DNA from: a virus
IMG/VR virus record: IMGVR_UViG_3300010354_000064
Span: 1 to 64,000 of that record
Reading direction: 5' to 3' (one strand)
DNA length: 64,000 nucleotides
In this document: positions 9,353-18,667 of the stretch, piece after piece
Layout of the letters: every line of letters starts with the position of its first letter
Numbering within the stretch: position 1 is the stretch's first letter
Program-made: the position numbers and the translations under genes
The notes under the pieces: generated by a model
Database searches by the model: none
Seen by the model: only the letters and a program-made list of their open reading frames with translations
What the model was told of the DNA's origin: nothing

Positions 9353-10492
9353 CTATGCGCCGAAGACGGAGGGGAACTCTTCGAGCAGCTTGGCCTTGAA
9401 GGCATCCGACTCGGCCGCGAACACGGCTCGAAGGATGTCCTCCCGGTCCTCATAATCCGCCGCAAGCCGAGCGAGCTTCTTGCGGTCAGGTGCCGAGAAG
9501 TCGTAGTTGGCGGGGAAGTCCTTGCAGAGGGCCTTGGCGACCTTCAGGCGCGCGTCGGCCGTCCCGTCGCGGAGCATGACGGGCTTCTGGGCCTCCTCGC
9601 TTCTGGGGTGGGGGTCGGCCGCCTTCTTCTTCGGGCCGTTCGTGTTCTTGAACACGATGCCGTCCTCGACGTGCTCGGTTACGGCAGCCTTCTCGCCGAA
9701 GTCCACAGGGTCGGCCGTCTCGATGCCTCCACCCGTTGTCACTTTGGCGGTGACGCCCTCGCGCGTCTCGGCCTTCGCGGTCTTGACCTTGGCGACGGGC
9801 TTCGCCATCGGAGTCGCGTCCGCGTACTTCGAGCGAGCCGCCTCTTTCTTGGCGAGGTACTCCGACCGTTCCTCCTCGCTCATACGAGCAAGGTAGTCCG
9901 ACTCCGAGAGCCCCTCTCCGGCGTCGATTTGCACGCTGTCCGCCTGCCGGAGCGCCGTCCCAACGGACTCGGCCGTCAGCACAGTACGGGAGTTCTTGGC
10001 CCGCTCACCGGCCGCCGTCTTGAGCCTGCGGACGGGCACACCGTCCTGCATCTCGACCGACCCACCGACTTCGTTGCGGAGGGGCTGCCCATGACGGTAG
10101 CTCGCGTTTGCTTGTCGGGCTGCTGCTGCATGGCTCACGGCGTTGCCGACCTCGCGCTCGTCCGTCTCAGCCACGACGGCGACCTTCTTGGTCGGGGTCT
10201 TACCCTCGAACGGGTTGCCGCCCTGGGTTGGGTGGCGAACCTGAATGTTGGCGGACACGGGACGCTGCTCCTCGGCACCCTCCCAGAAGGCCGCTGCCGG
10301 AACGAGCCAGCCCGACCGAACCGCGCCGCGAAGCTGCGGCATCGTGACCTCGGAACCGTCCACCTGGACCTTGGTTCCGTCGAAGTGGATGTCCATGCCC
10401 CGGCTGATTTGGAGGCCGGTCGAACCGAGCGCGAACCCACGGGTCGCGATGAAGTGCTGCATCTCGCCGGAGCGGTAGCTAATCTGATCCAT
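9353..10492 (-). CDS. Hypothetical virion-associated protein
   Basis: Start MDQISY at 10492 with GAGGAG RBS. The ORF-track extension is antisense to 10599..10934. Confidence 0.7.
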   Translation of the reverse strand: MDQISYRSGEMQHFIATRGFALGSTGLQISRGMDIHFDGTKVQVDGSEVTMPQLRGAVRSGWLVPAAAFWEGAEEQRPVSANIQVRHPTQGGNPFEGKTPTKKVAVVAETDEREVGNAVSHAAAARQANASYRHGQPLRNEVGGSVEMQDGVPVRRLKTAAGERAKNSRTVLTAESVGTALRQADSVQIDAGEGLSESDYLARMSEEERSEYLAKKEAARSKYADATPMAKPVAKVKTAKAETREGVTAKVTTGGGIETADPVDFGEKAAVTEHVEDGIVFKNTNGPKKKAADPHPRSEEAQKPVMLRDGTADARLKVAKALCKDFPANYDFSAPDRKKLARLAADYEDREDILRAVFAAESDAFKAKLLEEFPSVFGA

Positions 10493-10562
10493 GTCTGATT
10501 CTCCTCGTGAGGGCAAGGGGTGCCCCCTAATGAAAAGCAATAAGTGAAAATGCGACGGCCCC

Positions 10563-10598
10563 CGTTGGTACTCGGGGGGCTCGACTCGTAGAGGGAGT
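10563..10598 (+). promoter_or_regulatory. Class I bipartite promoter, copy 1 (leaderless)
   Basis: CGTTGGTAC-N13-CTCGTAGA-N6-ATG; same geometry as five other copies. Confidence 0.75.
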
Positions 10599-10934
10599 AT
10601 GAGCAACCTCGACACCCTCGCCGCCGCCCTCTTCGCCAACGTCCAGACCCTCGTCGCGGAGGCCCGCAAGGCCGAGGCGAAGGCCGCGAACCTCCCCGAG
10701 GTCGAGGCCGACGTGGCCGCGCTGCTCGACGCCCTCGCGGTGGCCGAGATGGAAGCCCGCCACCACTTCAAGAAGTTCCCCCGCACGGATGCGTGGGAGG
10801 GGGCCTACAACAACGACCCCGAGGTCGAGGCCGACTGGAAGGCCGTCTGCGCGGCCCGCGAGAAGGCTATCGGGGCCATCACCCGATTCGCGATGGCGCG
10901 CTTCGAGGCCGCCTCGGTCGCGAAGGCCGCCTGA
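10599..10934 (+). CDS. Hypothetical Ala-rich protein
   Basis: Strong GC3 codon bias. Starts exactly at the class I promoter +1. Confidence 0.75.
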   Translation: MSNLDTLAAALFANVQTLVAEARKAEAKAANLPEVEADVAALLDALAVAEMEARHHFKKFPRTDAWEGAYNNDPEVEADWKAVCAAREKAIGAITRFAMARFEAASVAKAA

Positions 10935-10993
10935 GCGGTTCACCTGAGAGGGCTGGGGATGACCCCTAGCCCTCTTGTCGTTTCCCGAGGGGT

Positions 10994-11521
10994 ATGCGTC
11001 AGACCGCTGCCCAGAGAGTAGTCCACAGGTTCATGCAAGCCAGCGAGCATATCGAGATGAAGGGGGCCATCATGTTCTCGGCCCCCGCCGTGCGTGCCGC
11101 CCAGGAGAAGGGGGAGGAAATCCTCGCCCGCCTCATCGGGCAGGAGAAGGCCGACGAGATGGTCAAAGCCCGCAAGGCGCGCGACGGCGAGAAGGCTCAC
11201 GTCACCATCGCGGGACCGAAGGACGCCAAGGAAGCGGTAGCCCAGAAGGCCGCGAAGGACGGGCTCTCGAAGGGTGCCGCCGAGAAGGCCATCAAAGAAG
11301 ACCTTGCCGGGATGCGCGGTGGGAGCTTCACCGTGAAGGGGCTCGGGCACGCCGAGGGTGGTGGCAACGAAGCCTACTTCGTGGTCATCGACTGGCCCGG
11401 TGGGCGAGAAATCCGCGAGAAGCTCGGGCTCTCACCGGACGGTCAGGACTTCCACGTCACCGTCGGTTTCACGGGCGGGGACGTTCACGGGGTCCGCAAA
11501 GACAAGGTGGTTGCCCGTTGA
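10994..11521 (+). CDS. 2H phosphoesterase with N-terminal RVVHRFM leader
   Basis: Two HxT motifs (AHVTI, FHVTVGF) plus GLG...NEAYFVVIDWP...LGL...DFHVTVGF..GDVHGV.KD. Confidence 0.8.
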   Translation: MRQTAAQRVVHRFMQASEHIEMKGAIMFSAPAVRAAQEKGEEILARLIGQEKADEMVKARKARDGEKAHVTIAGPKDAKEAVAQKAAKDGLSKGAAEKAIKEDLAGMRGGSFTVKGLGHAEGGGNEAYFVVIDWPGGREIREKLGLSPDGQDFHVTVGFTGGDVHGVRKDKVVAR

Positions 11522-11551
11522 TTCCAGACGGGCTCACCTCGTAGAGGGACC
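11516..11551 (+). promoter_or_regulatory. Class I bipartite promoter, copy 2
   Basis: CGTTGATTC-N13-CTCGTAGA-N6-ATG. Confidence 0.75.
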
Positions 11552-11770
11552 ATGAGCCACATCGTCGTCACCCCCGCCTACGGCCGCGACTATACCTCCA
11601 GCGAGGCGGCTTCGGCCGCCTGGGCCGCTGGCAAGGACTTCATCCTCCGCGACCCCACGTCTCGTTGGGATGGCAAGCCCATCAACAACGAGGATGCGGA
11701 AAGCGCCGGTATCACCTTGGTCAACATCCGCTATGCGGGTGGGACCAAGGTGACGGTGGTCCGGCTCTAG
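11552..11770 (+). CDS. Small hypothetical phage protein
   Basis: TPAYGRDY.S...W..GKDF motif. Starts at the class I promoter +1. Confidence 0.75.
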   Translation: MSHIVVTPAYGRDYTSSEAASAAWAAGKDFILRDPTSRWDGKPINNEDAESAGITLVNIRYAGGTKVTVVRL

Positions 11771-12456
11771 GCCGCCGTCAGGGCATCGAGGTAGCCCTGG
11801 GGAACCCCCACCTGGGGGGTAGGCCCCGCCGAAACACCGGACTGAGCCGCGAAGTCGTCCACGGCCTTCGCGGTTGAAGGCCCCCAGAGGCCATCGACCT
11901 TGATGGTGTAGAGGCCGAGCGCCTGGAGCTTGCGCTGGGCGACAATCAGGCGGTCCTTCGTCCAAGTGACGAACGCTTGAGCGGGGTCCGATTCCACGAC
12001 GGGCTGCACGAAGAGTTCTCCCTCGCTCTTGCGGCGGTTGTAGAGGCCGGGAAGCGTCTGGAGGACGCCCTTCACGCGAGCCTTCGACCAGGCGAGCAAG
12101 GCCCCCGGTACTTGGTCGAACTGACCGGCGTTCACGGCGTTGCCGACGTTCGTGTTCACGAGCCCACCTTCGCCGACGTTGAACGTGAAGCTGACGAGCG
12201 CCGCAAACTGGTTCTCGTTCAGCGGCACAGTCACGTTCCGGTAGACACCCTTCTCGAACCGCTCCACGTCCTTGCGGAGCAGGTCCATCGCCTGCTCCTG
12301 GGTGATGGTAGCCGGAAAGCTCTCGCCAGGGAGGACGACGTGGCCGTACCCGATGGTCGGCTTCCCAGCCGGGCAGATGTACTGCTTCAGGACGCAACCC
12401 TCCCACTTGGCGATGAGGTCGAGGCCCGCTTGGTTGGTCTTGAGGTTCTCGTTCAT
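11767..12456 (-). CDS. Endolysin: GH24 lysozyme + C-terminal peptidoglycan-binding domain
   Basis: GLDLIAKWEG...Y.CPAGKPTIGYGH...QFAALVSFTFNVG...LPGLYNRR..E; C-terminal VDGLWGPST. Start MNENLK at 12456. Confidence 0.92.
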   Translation of the reverse strand: MNENLKTNQAGLDLIAKWEGCVLKQYICPAGKPTIGYGHVVLPGESFPATITQEQAMDLLRKDVERFEKGVYRNVTVPLNENQFAALVSFTFNVGEGGLVNTNVGNAVNAGQFDQVPGALLAWSKARVKGVLQTLPGLYNRRKSEGELFVQPVVESDPAQAFVTWTKDRLIVAQRKLQALGLYTIKVDGLWGPSTAKAVDDFAAQSGVSAGPTPQVGVPQGYLDALTAA

Positions 12457-12499
12457 GGGGGTGCTCCTGAAGGTAGGGTTGTACTCTGGCAGAAGGATT

Positions 12500-12544
12500 G
12501 AAAGAAAGGCGAAAGCCCGGCCCCCTTGCGGGAACCGGGCTTTC
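12500..12544 (-). terminator. Intrinsic terminator after the major capsid gene
   Basis: GAAAGCCCGGTTCCC-GCAA-GGGGGCCGGGCTTTC followed by a T-rich tract. Confidence 0.75.
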
Positions 12545-12570
12545 TGACCGACCCTCACGGGTCACCAGCG

Positions 12571-13452
12571 TCAGACGCGGGTGACGACCATGCGGGTGAG
12601 GCCCTTCGGGTTGAACGCGCCGATGCCGACGTTCTCGAAGCACGAGAAGCCGATGGTGCGCGCCTTCGGGTCGTCCGCCGAGAGCACGGTGAGTTCCGTG
12701 CGGACGGGGAAGCGACCGAAGTTCTCCGGCTCGCAGCAGACGTACACGAAGCCGACCGGGACGAGACGGCTCGTGATGATTTGCGCGCCCCAGAGGACCG
12801 CCTGGAGGCCGGTCTTGAGCAGCGTCGCCTGCGACTCGATGTCGAGGATGTCACGGCCGAACTTGCGGATGTCCGCGTAGTCCGTCGCGTTCATGTAGAT
12901 GCGAGCCACGCGGAGGTCGTGGCGCTCAATCTCCGCGAACGCATCCGCGAGGACGCTCGGCGAGATGGGGGCGACCACGGCCACGTCGGGGTTCGTACCG
13001 CCGGGCAGGGTGTCGAAACCGCTGACCGCGATGCTGTCGAGCACCGCGAAGACGCGCTCGTCCTCGGCAGCCTGAATCTGCGCCTTCGCGAGGTCCTGGC
13101 TGCGCTCGATGAGGTCGAAGCGACGCTCCTTGATTTGCGTCAGCGGAATCTCCGGGTTCGAGGCAATCTCGAACAGCGGGAAGATGACGCGACGCGGCTT
13201 CTGGATGGCGAGGATGTTCTCGCCCTCCTCGCCGACCACGAACGCCGTAACGTCCGGGTCCTTGTCGTAGATGGGCAGCGCGCCGTCGGGAAGCTGCTCG
13301 ACCAGGAAGGTCTTGCGGCCGACCGCCGTGTAGTCGCGGCGGAGACGGAGCGGCTGAATCATCGAGGCAGCGAGCTTCGCGCGGCCAGCGGCCGTCTTGA
13401 TGTACTCGCTGATGATTTGCTGCTTGACTTCGTTGGAAACCGTGGTGCTCAT
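12571..13452 (-). CDS. Major capsid protein (HK97 fold)
   Basis: 293 aa, extreme codon bias, strong RBS. Follows protease, scaffold and decoration genes; followed by a terminator. Confidence 0.85.
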   Translation of the reverse strand: MSTTVSNEVKQQIISEYIKTAAGRAKLAASMIQPLRLRRDYTAVGRKTFLVEQLPDGALPIYDKDPDVTAFVVGEEGENILAIQKPRRVIFPLFEIASNPEIPLTQIKERRFDLIERSQDLAKAQIQAAEDERVFAVLDSIAVSGFDTLPGGTNPDVAVVAPISPSVLADAFAEIERHDLRVARIYMNATDYADIRKFGRDILDIESQATLLKTGLQAVLWGAQIITSRLVPVGFVYVCCEPENFGRFPVRTELTVLSADDPKARTIGFSCFENVGIGAFNPKGLTRMVVTRV

Positions 13453-13484
13453 GGGCTCTTTCTCCTCTTCCTTCGGTTGACTCG

Positions 13485-14102
13485 TCAGACGCGGAGGTCG
13501 AGGACGAGGAGGCTGGAGTTGGCGTCGGGAGCAACCTTCACGACGCCCATGAGAGTGGCAGAGCCACCCGCAGCGACTTCGTAAGCGTCACCCGAGACGT
13601 TGGTGAGGAGCCCGTTGACCGAAGCGAAGAGCTTGTCGCCGGGGGCGTAGGTGATGGGCGTACCCGCGCCACCGCCAAGCTGCACCTTCGTCTCGTAGAG
13701 CGAGACGCCGACACAGCTACCGCTGCCGCACACGTAGGGTCCACGGCCCGAGGCCACGCCGGGCGTGTTCTCGAAGGCGTTGCCGATGGCATCGTTCAGG
13801 AAGATGCCGAGGGGCAGGAACTTCGCGTTGTAGACGCCACCGGGGGCAACCGGACCACCGTGGTAGCCGTTGCCGTAGTCGGGGCGCGTGAAGGCGACGG
13901 TGCTTCCGAGCACGCCGACCTTGGTCACGTTGGTGAGGGTGGTGGACTTCTGCGTGGTGACGACAGGGGGGTTCGCCTGCGTGAAAGCGTCCGGCGTCAG
14001 AAGACCCAGCGAGTTGCGGGTCACGACGTGGAGAAGCTGAACACGGCTCGACGTTTCCTTGAAGTCACCCGAAGACTGTCCGCCGATTGCGTAGGTCGTC
14101 AT
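13485..14102 (-). CDS. Head decoration/cement protein
   Basis: Immediately upstream of the MCP. Y..GDKLFAS.NGLLT and GVVKVAP pattern of beta-tulip decoration proteins. Confidence 0.7.
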   Translation of the reverse strand: MTTYAIGGQSSGDFKETSSRVQLLHVVTRNSLGLLTPDAFTQANPPVVTTQKSTTLTNVTKVGVLGSTVAFTRPDYGNGYHGGPVAPGGVYNAKFLPLGIFLNDAIGNAFENTPGVASGRGPYVCGSGSCVGVSLYETKVQLGGGAGTPITYAPGDKLFASVNGLLTNVSGDAYEVAAGGSATLMGVVKVAPDANSSLLVLDLRV

Positions 14103-14229
14103 TGTGAACTCTCCTCAATGGGCGTTAGCTTTGGGACTTCTGGTCTGATTCGATGTAGGCACCGACGGACTCGGTGAAGTCTGCGGCGCGAGGCTCCGAG
14201 TTAGGGAGCCTCGCTGCCGGAAGGGGTAG

Positions 14230-15654
14230 TCACCGGAAGGCGTCCGAGACATCCGGGGCCGACGGCCAGAGAGCCGCCAGCTTGTTCACGTCGCCGCCAG
14301 CGTTGCCGCCGAGGCCACCGCCAACGCGGCTGACGCCCTGCGTCGGGCGGGTGCCGACCGTACGGGTCGAGGCCGTGCGGGCCATCGCCGTCTTGCCCTG
14401 CTGACCCTGCTCCTTCGCAGGCTCCTGCTCCTTCTTCTCGCCCTGCTCGGCCGCGAAGAGGGTCATGAGCACGTCGTCCTCGGGTCCGAGGCCCATCTCG
14501 CCAGCGTCCATCGGCGAGGGCTCCATCTCGATGCCCATCTCCGCGAGCCCGGCGTCGCCCGGCTCCATCATGAGCATGTCGGCGAGAGCCGCGTCATCGG
14601 CCTCGGCCTCGAAAGCCACCGGCTCCTGCTGGGCCATCGGCATCTGACCCGCCATCGGGGCCTGCTGGGCCATCGGCATCTGACCGGCCTGGATGGCCGC
14701 CATCGCCTGAGCCACAGCCTGACCGACAGCCTGGGCAACCTGCGTCTGACCGCCACCCGCCTGGATGGAAGCCATCGCCTGCGCCACAGCTTGCTGCACG
14801 GCGGTCTGGATTTGGTCGGCCTTCTTCTTCTGGCCCTGACCCTGCTCCTTCGCGCCCTGCTCGTCCTGCTGGGCCTGCTTCTTCTGCTGACCCTGAGCCT
14901 TCGCAGACTCCTGCTCCTTGGCAGGCTCCTGCTCCTTCTTCTCGCCCTGCTCCTTCTGCTGGGCGAGCTTACCGGCCCACATGCCACCGGCAACCGGGGC
15001 CTGACCCTGCTGGGCGGCCTCGATGGCAGCCTTCACCTGCTGCACCTGAGCGAGGCACTCCTGCGCCGCCTGAACGTCGCCCTGCGCCATGCACTCCTGC
15101 GCCTGCTGCATCATCGTCGCCATGCAGCCCTGAGCGGCCTGCACGTCACCGTTCGCGAGGCACTCCTGCGCCTGCATCGCCTGAGCCTGCACCTGCTGGG
15201 CGACCGTCTGCTGACCGGCGACCTGAGCCTGCGGGCCGTTGGCGAGACGGTTGAACGTGTTGATGAGGTCGGCGTCCGGCATGTGCATGAGAGCGACAGC
15301 CTGGTCCTCGACCGCAGCGTCGCCCGCCGCGCCGACCATCATGCTGGCCGTCTTGATGCAGAGGTCGGCCTTCTTGAGGAGGAGGCCGTGGTCCGCCGCC
15401 GTCTTCTCGGGGTGGTTGAACGTGTCCTTACGCATGTCTGCCATCCCGATCTCGTTGCGCTTGACCTGACCACCCGCGTACTCGGCCTCCCAGGTGTCCT
15501 TGGAAGGATGGATGTCCTCCGCGAAGGTGCTGGGGTCGCCGATCACGTAGTCGTCGGCGGACGGCTGCTGCGAAACGTGGTCCTGGTTCATCAGGTAGGG
15601 GTCGGCCTTCTTCATCTGGGCGGCCGAACGGTTCCAAGTGGTGCGCTCACGCAT
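14230..15654 (-). CDS. Capsid scaffolding/prohead core protein (Q/A-rich)
   Basis: Between protease and capsid genes. Low complexity, helical repeats, many KxA motifs. Confidence 0.7.
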   Translation of the reverse strand: MRERTTWNRSAAQMKKADPYLMNQDHVSQQPSADDYVIGDPSTFAEDIHPSKDTWEAEYAGGQVKRNEIGMADMRKDTFNHPEKTAADHGLLLKKADLCIKTASMMVGAAGDAAVEDQAVALMHMPDADLINTFNRLANGPQAQVAGQQTVAQQVQAQAMQAQECLANGDVQAAQGCMATMMQQAQECMAQGDVQAAQECLAQVQQVKAAIEAAQQGQAPVAGGMWAGKLAQQKEQGEKKEQEPAKEQESAKAQGQQKKQAQQDEQGAKEQGQGQKKKADQIQTAVQQAVAQAMASIQAGGGQTQVAQAVGQAVAQAMAAIQAGQMPMAQQAPMAGQMPMAQQEPVAFEAEADDAALADMLMMEPGDAGLAEMGIEMEPSPMDAGEMGLGPEDDVLMTLFAAEQGEKKEQEPAKEQGQQGKTAMARTASTRTVGTRPTQGVSRVGGGLGGNAGGDVNKLAALWPSAPDVSDAFR

Positions 15655-15697
15655 GGTTGGGCTCCATTCCTCGTCGTCTGAGGGTTTATAGAAAGAT

Positions 15698-17173
15698 TCA
15701 CGACCCAAGCGAGTAGAGATAGCCCTTCCACAGAAGGTCTACGCGCTCGGAGTCGGTCACCTCTCGTCCTAGTACCCGACGACAAGCCGCCAGGTAGGTT
15801 GCTTCATCTGGGTATTGCTTGACGCCACCGACAGCCAGAACCGTTCGATAGATTCTGCCATCGCCTGCTCGCGATGCCTTTCGAGTAGACATCTCGAAGA
15901 GGCGAGCGAGAGCAAGTACTTCATGCCCACGGAGGGCTTTCGACGCCTGCACGGCCTTCCAGCCGCCGCGCTTGTATAGCACCATCCCGAGAAGGAGGTG
16001 GCGGGCGATTTTCGGGTCACGTACTTGAGCGAGCACGACCCGCGCGATGTTCCGCCACGCCGGGTGCCGCATGGCTTCCTTCACGAGGTTGCCATTCTGG
16101 TTCTCGCTCGGAAGCCCCTTCACGTCCTGCTTGCCGATTTCCCCGCGCACCTTCTCCAGCGCGCGTTCGCGGATGAGGTCGGCCATCTCCCCGACCGCCT
16201 TGTCGAGGGGGTCAGGGGGAGGTGCAGCGGGAGCAGCGGCTCCGCCTTGACCTCCTCCAGGGAACTGCTCCTCTTCGCCGAACGCCACACGCTGACGGGC
16301 GGCCTTCTGAAGGAGCGTGGGGTCAGCGACTCGCGTGCCTTGCGAGAACGCCACCTGAATCTTCTTGCCGATGCCAGGGGCATCGTCGGCGGGGTTGAGG
16401 ATGTTCCGCATCACCGCACCGGGGAACGCAGGGTTCGCAACCCACGACGCCTCGATGAACTTGACCGAGCCGGGCTCCTCAGTGATGTGCCCGCAAAGCT
16501 CGGCAATCTTGCGCTCGACACCCGCCTCATCGACGAATTTGTTGCCCTTGTAGTACCGGATGTGGGGGCACAGTTGCGTCTCGTCGTAGGCGACGTTGCC
16601 ACACTTCGTGCAGGTCGTGAACTCGACCTGGCATCCCATGCTTAGGGTCTGAAGCTGACCCCCAGTAATCGCGCTGATGAGAGGCGCGTGCTTGCGGTTC
16701 GTCGCGACGAGGATGTCCACGTAGATGGAGTCCCCGATGTCACGGGCCGCAGCGTCGATGATTTTCCCCTTGGAAAGCTCGGGGATTTGGATGTGCTCGA
16801 CGTAGTTCTCACCACCTACGAAGGTGCGGAAACACGCGAGGAGGAGCTTCTTCTCCCAAGCGTCGAAGTTGTTGTTGACGTACTTGGTGGTTGAGGGCGT
16901 GATGAGGTAGTCCGCGTACTTGCGGTTGACCTCGAACCCATCGACCATGTGCTTGCCGATGGGCTGCCCACCCGGCTCCACGTCCACGGACGCGATGATG
17001 GTACAATGAGTGAGCAGGAAGTCCTTGGGGGTGAACTCCTGAAGGACGACCTTGGTGGCTTCCCGCTGCGCGAAGTTCGGCCCCTTCACAGCATGGTTGC
17101 GGACTTCCGCCCATCCGGTCAAATGGATGTCCGGCTTGATGATGGCGGCGTTGGCGAACTTGCGAAAGGCCAT
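15698..17173 (-). CDS. Prohead maturation protease with Zn-finger insertion
   Basis: NYVEH...SKGKIIDA...TLSMGC...CTKCG...CPH...FIEASWVANPAF, the HK97/herpes-type protease pattern. TAATG-coupled start at 17173. Confidence 0.85.
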   Translation of the reverse strand: MAFRKFANAAIIKPDIHLTGWAEVRNHAVKGPNFAQREATKVVLQEFTPKDFLLTHCTIIASVDVEPGGQPIGKHMVDGFEVNRKYADYLITPSTTKYVNNNFDAWEKKLLLACFRTFVGGENYVEHIQIPELSKGKIIDAAARDIGDSIYVDILVATNRKHAPLISAITGGQLQTLSMGCQVEFTTCTKCGNVAYDETQLCPHIRYYKGNKFVDEAGVERKIAELCGHITEEPGSVKFIEASWVANPAFPGAVMRNILNPADDAPGIGKKIQVAFSQGTRVADPTLLQKAARQRVAFGEEEQFPGGGQGGAAAPAAPPPDPLDKAVGEMADLIRERALEKVRGEIGKQDVKGLPSENQNGNLVKEAMRHPAWRNIARVVLAQVRDPKIARHLLLGMVLYKRGGWKAVQASKALRGHEVLALARLFEMSTRKASRAGDGRIYRTVLAVGGVKQYPDEATYLAACRRVLGREVTDSERVDLLWKGYLYSLGS

Positions 17174-17493
17174 TACTTCAACCCCATGCGGAGGAACGCC
17201 GCGTTCATGTCGTCGTAGAGGGAACCAACTTCGGTGGCCGCCGATTGAAGGGCTTGAAGAGCCTCGCGCAAACGAACCGTGTGCTGCTCGGGGGCATACT
17301 GGTCGAGGCCATGTAGAGCACTCACCAGCCCCCCCGCGTCCTTCTTGACGAGCTTCTCGACCGCTGCCAGAGCCCGCAGGGCGCTCTGGGCCGAATCCTT
17401 CGCCTTCGCGCACTCGTCCACTTCCTGAACGAGCTTCGACATCGGGGTCTGGTAGACCCCTGCGAGCTTCGTGCGGCGGTCGTAGCTGTACAT
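17173..17493 (-). CDS. Small putative internal head protein (MYSYDRR...)
   Basis: TGATG/TAATG coupling at both ends. Confidence 0.65.
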   Translation of the reverse strand: MYSYDRRTKLAGVYQTPMSKLVQEVDECAKAKDSAQSALRALAAVEKLVKKDAGGLVSALHGLDQYAPEQHTVRLREALQALQSAATEVGSLYDDMNAAFLRMGLK

Positions 17494-18215
17494 CACCACT
17501 CCACGGGCTCGCCACCGGGGCCGAGCATGTGGTCCTGCTTGATGAGGAAGAGGTCTTTCGGGCAAGCCCAGAGCCGGTGCTTGGCCCCCTCGCTCATCTT
17601 GTAGGTTGTACGCTTCATCTTCGTGCCGCACTTGGGGCAGAACGGCTTGCGCGAGTTCAACTCCTCCTGCGTGGCTCGGTACTGGCGGTTCTGAGCAACC
17701 CAGTAAGCGGCGGTCTTACGCGCGTGCTGCTGACACCGAAGCTCGACGAGGTTGCGAGCCACGAGGTAGAACTTACCCACCTCGTCCTTCATGGTGTCGT
17801 CGTGCGCCCCGAGGGCGGAGTACTTCCGCCACAACTGGTCGTACGCCTCGACTTCCCCCGCGCGCTTGGCCCAGAGGAAGGCGAGGTCACGGTGGAACCC
17901 CGCCGGAAGCTCCACCGTTCGCCACGCACCCGTCGCCTCAGACGCCTGCTTCCCCGCCCGATTGTCGTACGAGTCGTACGACTGGTCGAGCGTCGGCGGC
18001 AGGTACCGCTTGATTTCAGGGTTGATTCGCACCACCTCGTCCGGCTGCACGCGCTCGACACCGAAGGGCCATTGAACGTCGAGGCATCCGAGGCCACGGT
18101 GAACAGACGTAACACGCCCGATGAACGGGGAGAGCATCCCCGGATCACCAGGCATGAACTTCTGCACGGTGTCGCCGGGCTTGAAGTCTTTGGCTAGCTC
18201 CCAGTAGTCAATCAC
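17493..18215 (-). CDS. Hypothetical protein with SH3-like N-terminus and C-terminal zinc ribbon
   Basis: FKPGDTV...GRVTSV..LDVQWPFG; CPKCG...WACPKD. Confidence 0.7.
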   Translation of the reverse strand: MIDYWELAKDFKPGDTVQKFMPGDPGMLSPFIGRVTSVHRGLGCLDVQWPFGVERVQPDEVVRINPEIKRYLPPTLDQSYDSYDNRAGKQASEATGAWRTVELPAGFHRDLAFLWAKRAGEVEAYDQLWRKYSALGAHDDTMKDEVGKFYLVARNLVELRCQQHARKTAAYWVAQNRQYRATQEELNSRKPFCPKCGTKMKRTTYKMSEGAKHRLWACPKDLFLIKQDHMLGPGGEPVEW

Positions 18216-18243
18216 GGTGGGGGTACCTCGACGAAGGAGTGAC

Positions 18244-18639
18244 TCAGTACTGCGGCGCGAGCTTGCGGCCCGTCGTGGACTGGCCCGAGCCGACGGCGCT
18301 CGACTGGTCGTCCTTGTAGAGGCTCATGTACTTCTCGTCGGCATCGACCTGATGCGGCTGCATCGGGTTCTTGAACGTGTCCATGTAGGGCTCGTCCGCG
18401 TTGCGCTCGATGACGGCGGCGGTCTTGCCGAGCACCTCGGCCTGACGGCGCGCGAGCGAATCGGTGCCGAACGACGCGGCCTCGATTTCGTCAGCGGTCT
18501 TGTCGAGCGCGTTGACGATTTGCTTGGCTTGCTCGAAGGGCATCCCCCACGAGGCGTACTTGTCCTGCACGGTGGCAGCGATGCGGTCGAGCCGAGCGAG
18601 GATGCGGTCGGCGTCCTGGGAAGCGAACTTGGGGGTCAT
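18244..18639 (-). CDS. Hypothetical head-associated protein
   Basis: Strong codon bias; LDKTADEIE helix; KxA motifs. Confidence 0.7.
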   Translation of the reverse strand: MTPKFASQDADRILARLDRIAATVQDKYASWGMPFEQAKQIVNALDKTADEIEAASFGTDSLARRQAEVLGKTAAVIERNADEPYMDTFKNPMQPHQVDADEKYMSLYKDDQSSAVGSGQSTTGRKLAPQY

Positions 18640-18667
18640 TGTCGTGTTCTCCGGCGGTTGGAGGGTT

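Noticed and set aside
10590-10598. Reading the TAGAGG(GAG) box as merely a Shine-Dalgarno site
   Set aside because: It is too close to the ATG, some copies lack a full SD (GGCAGC), there is an invariant upstream CGTTG box, and one copy has no gene.
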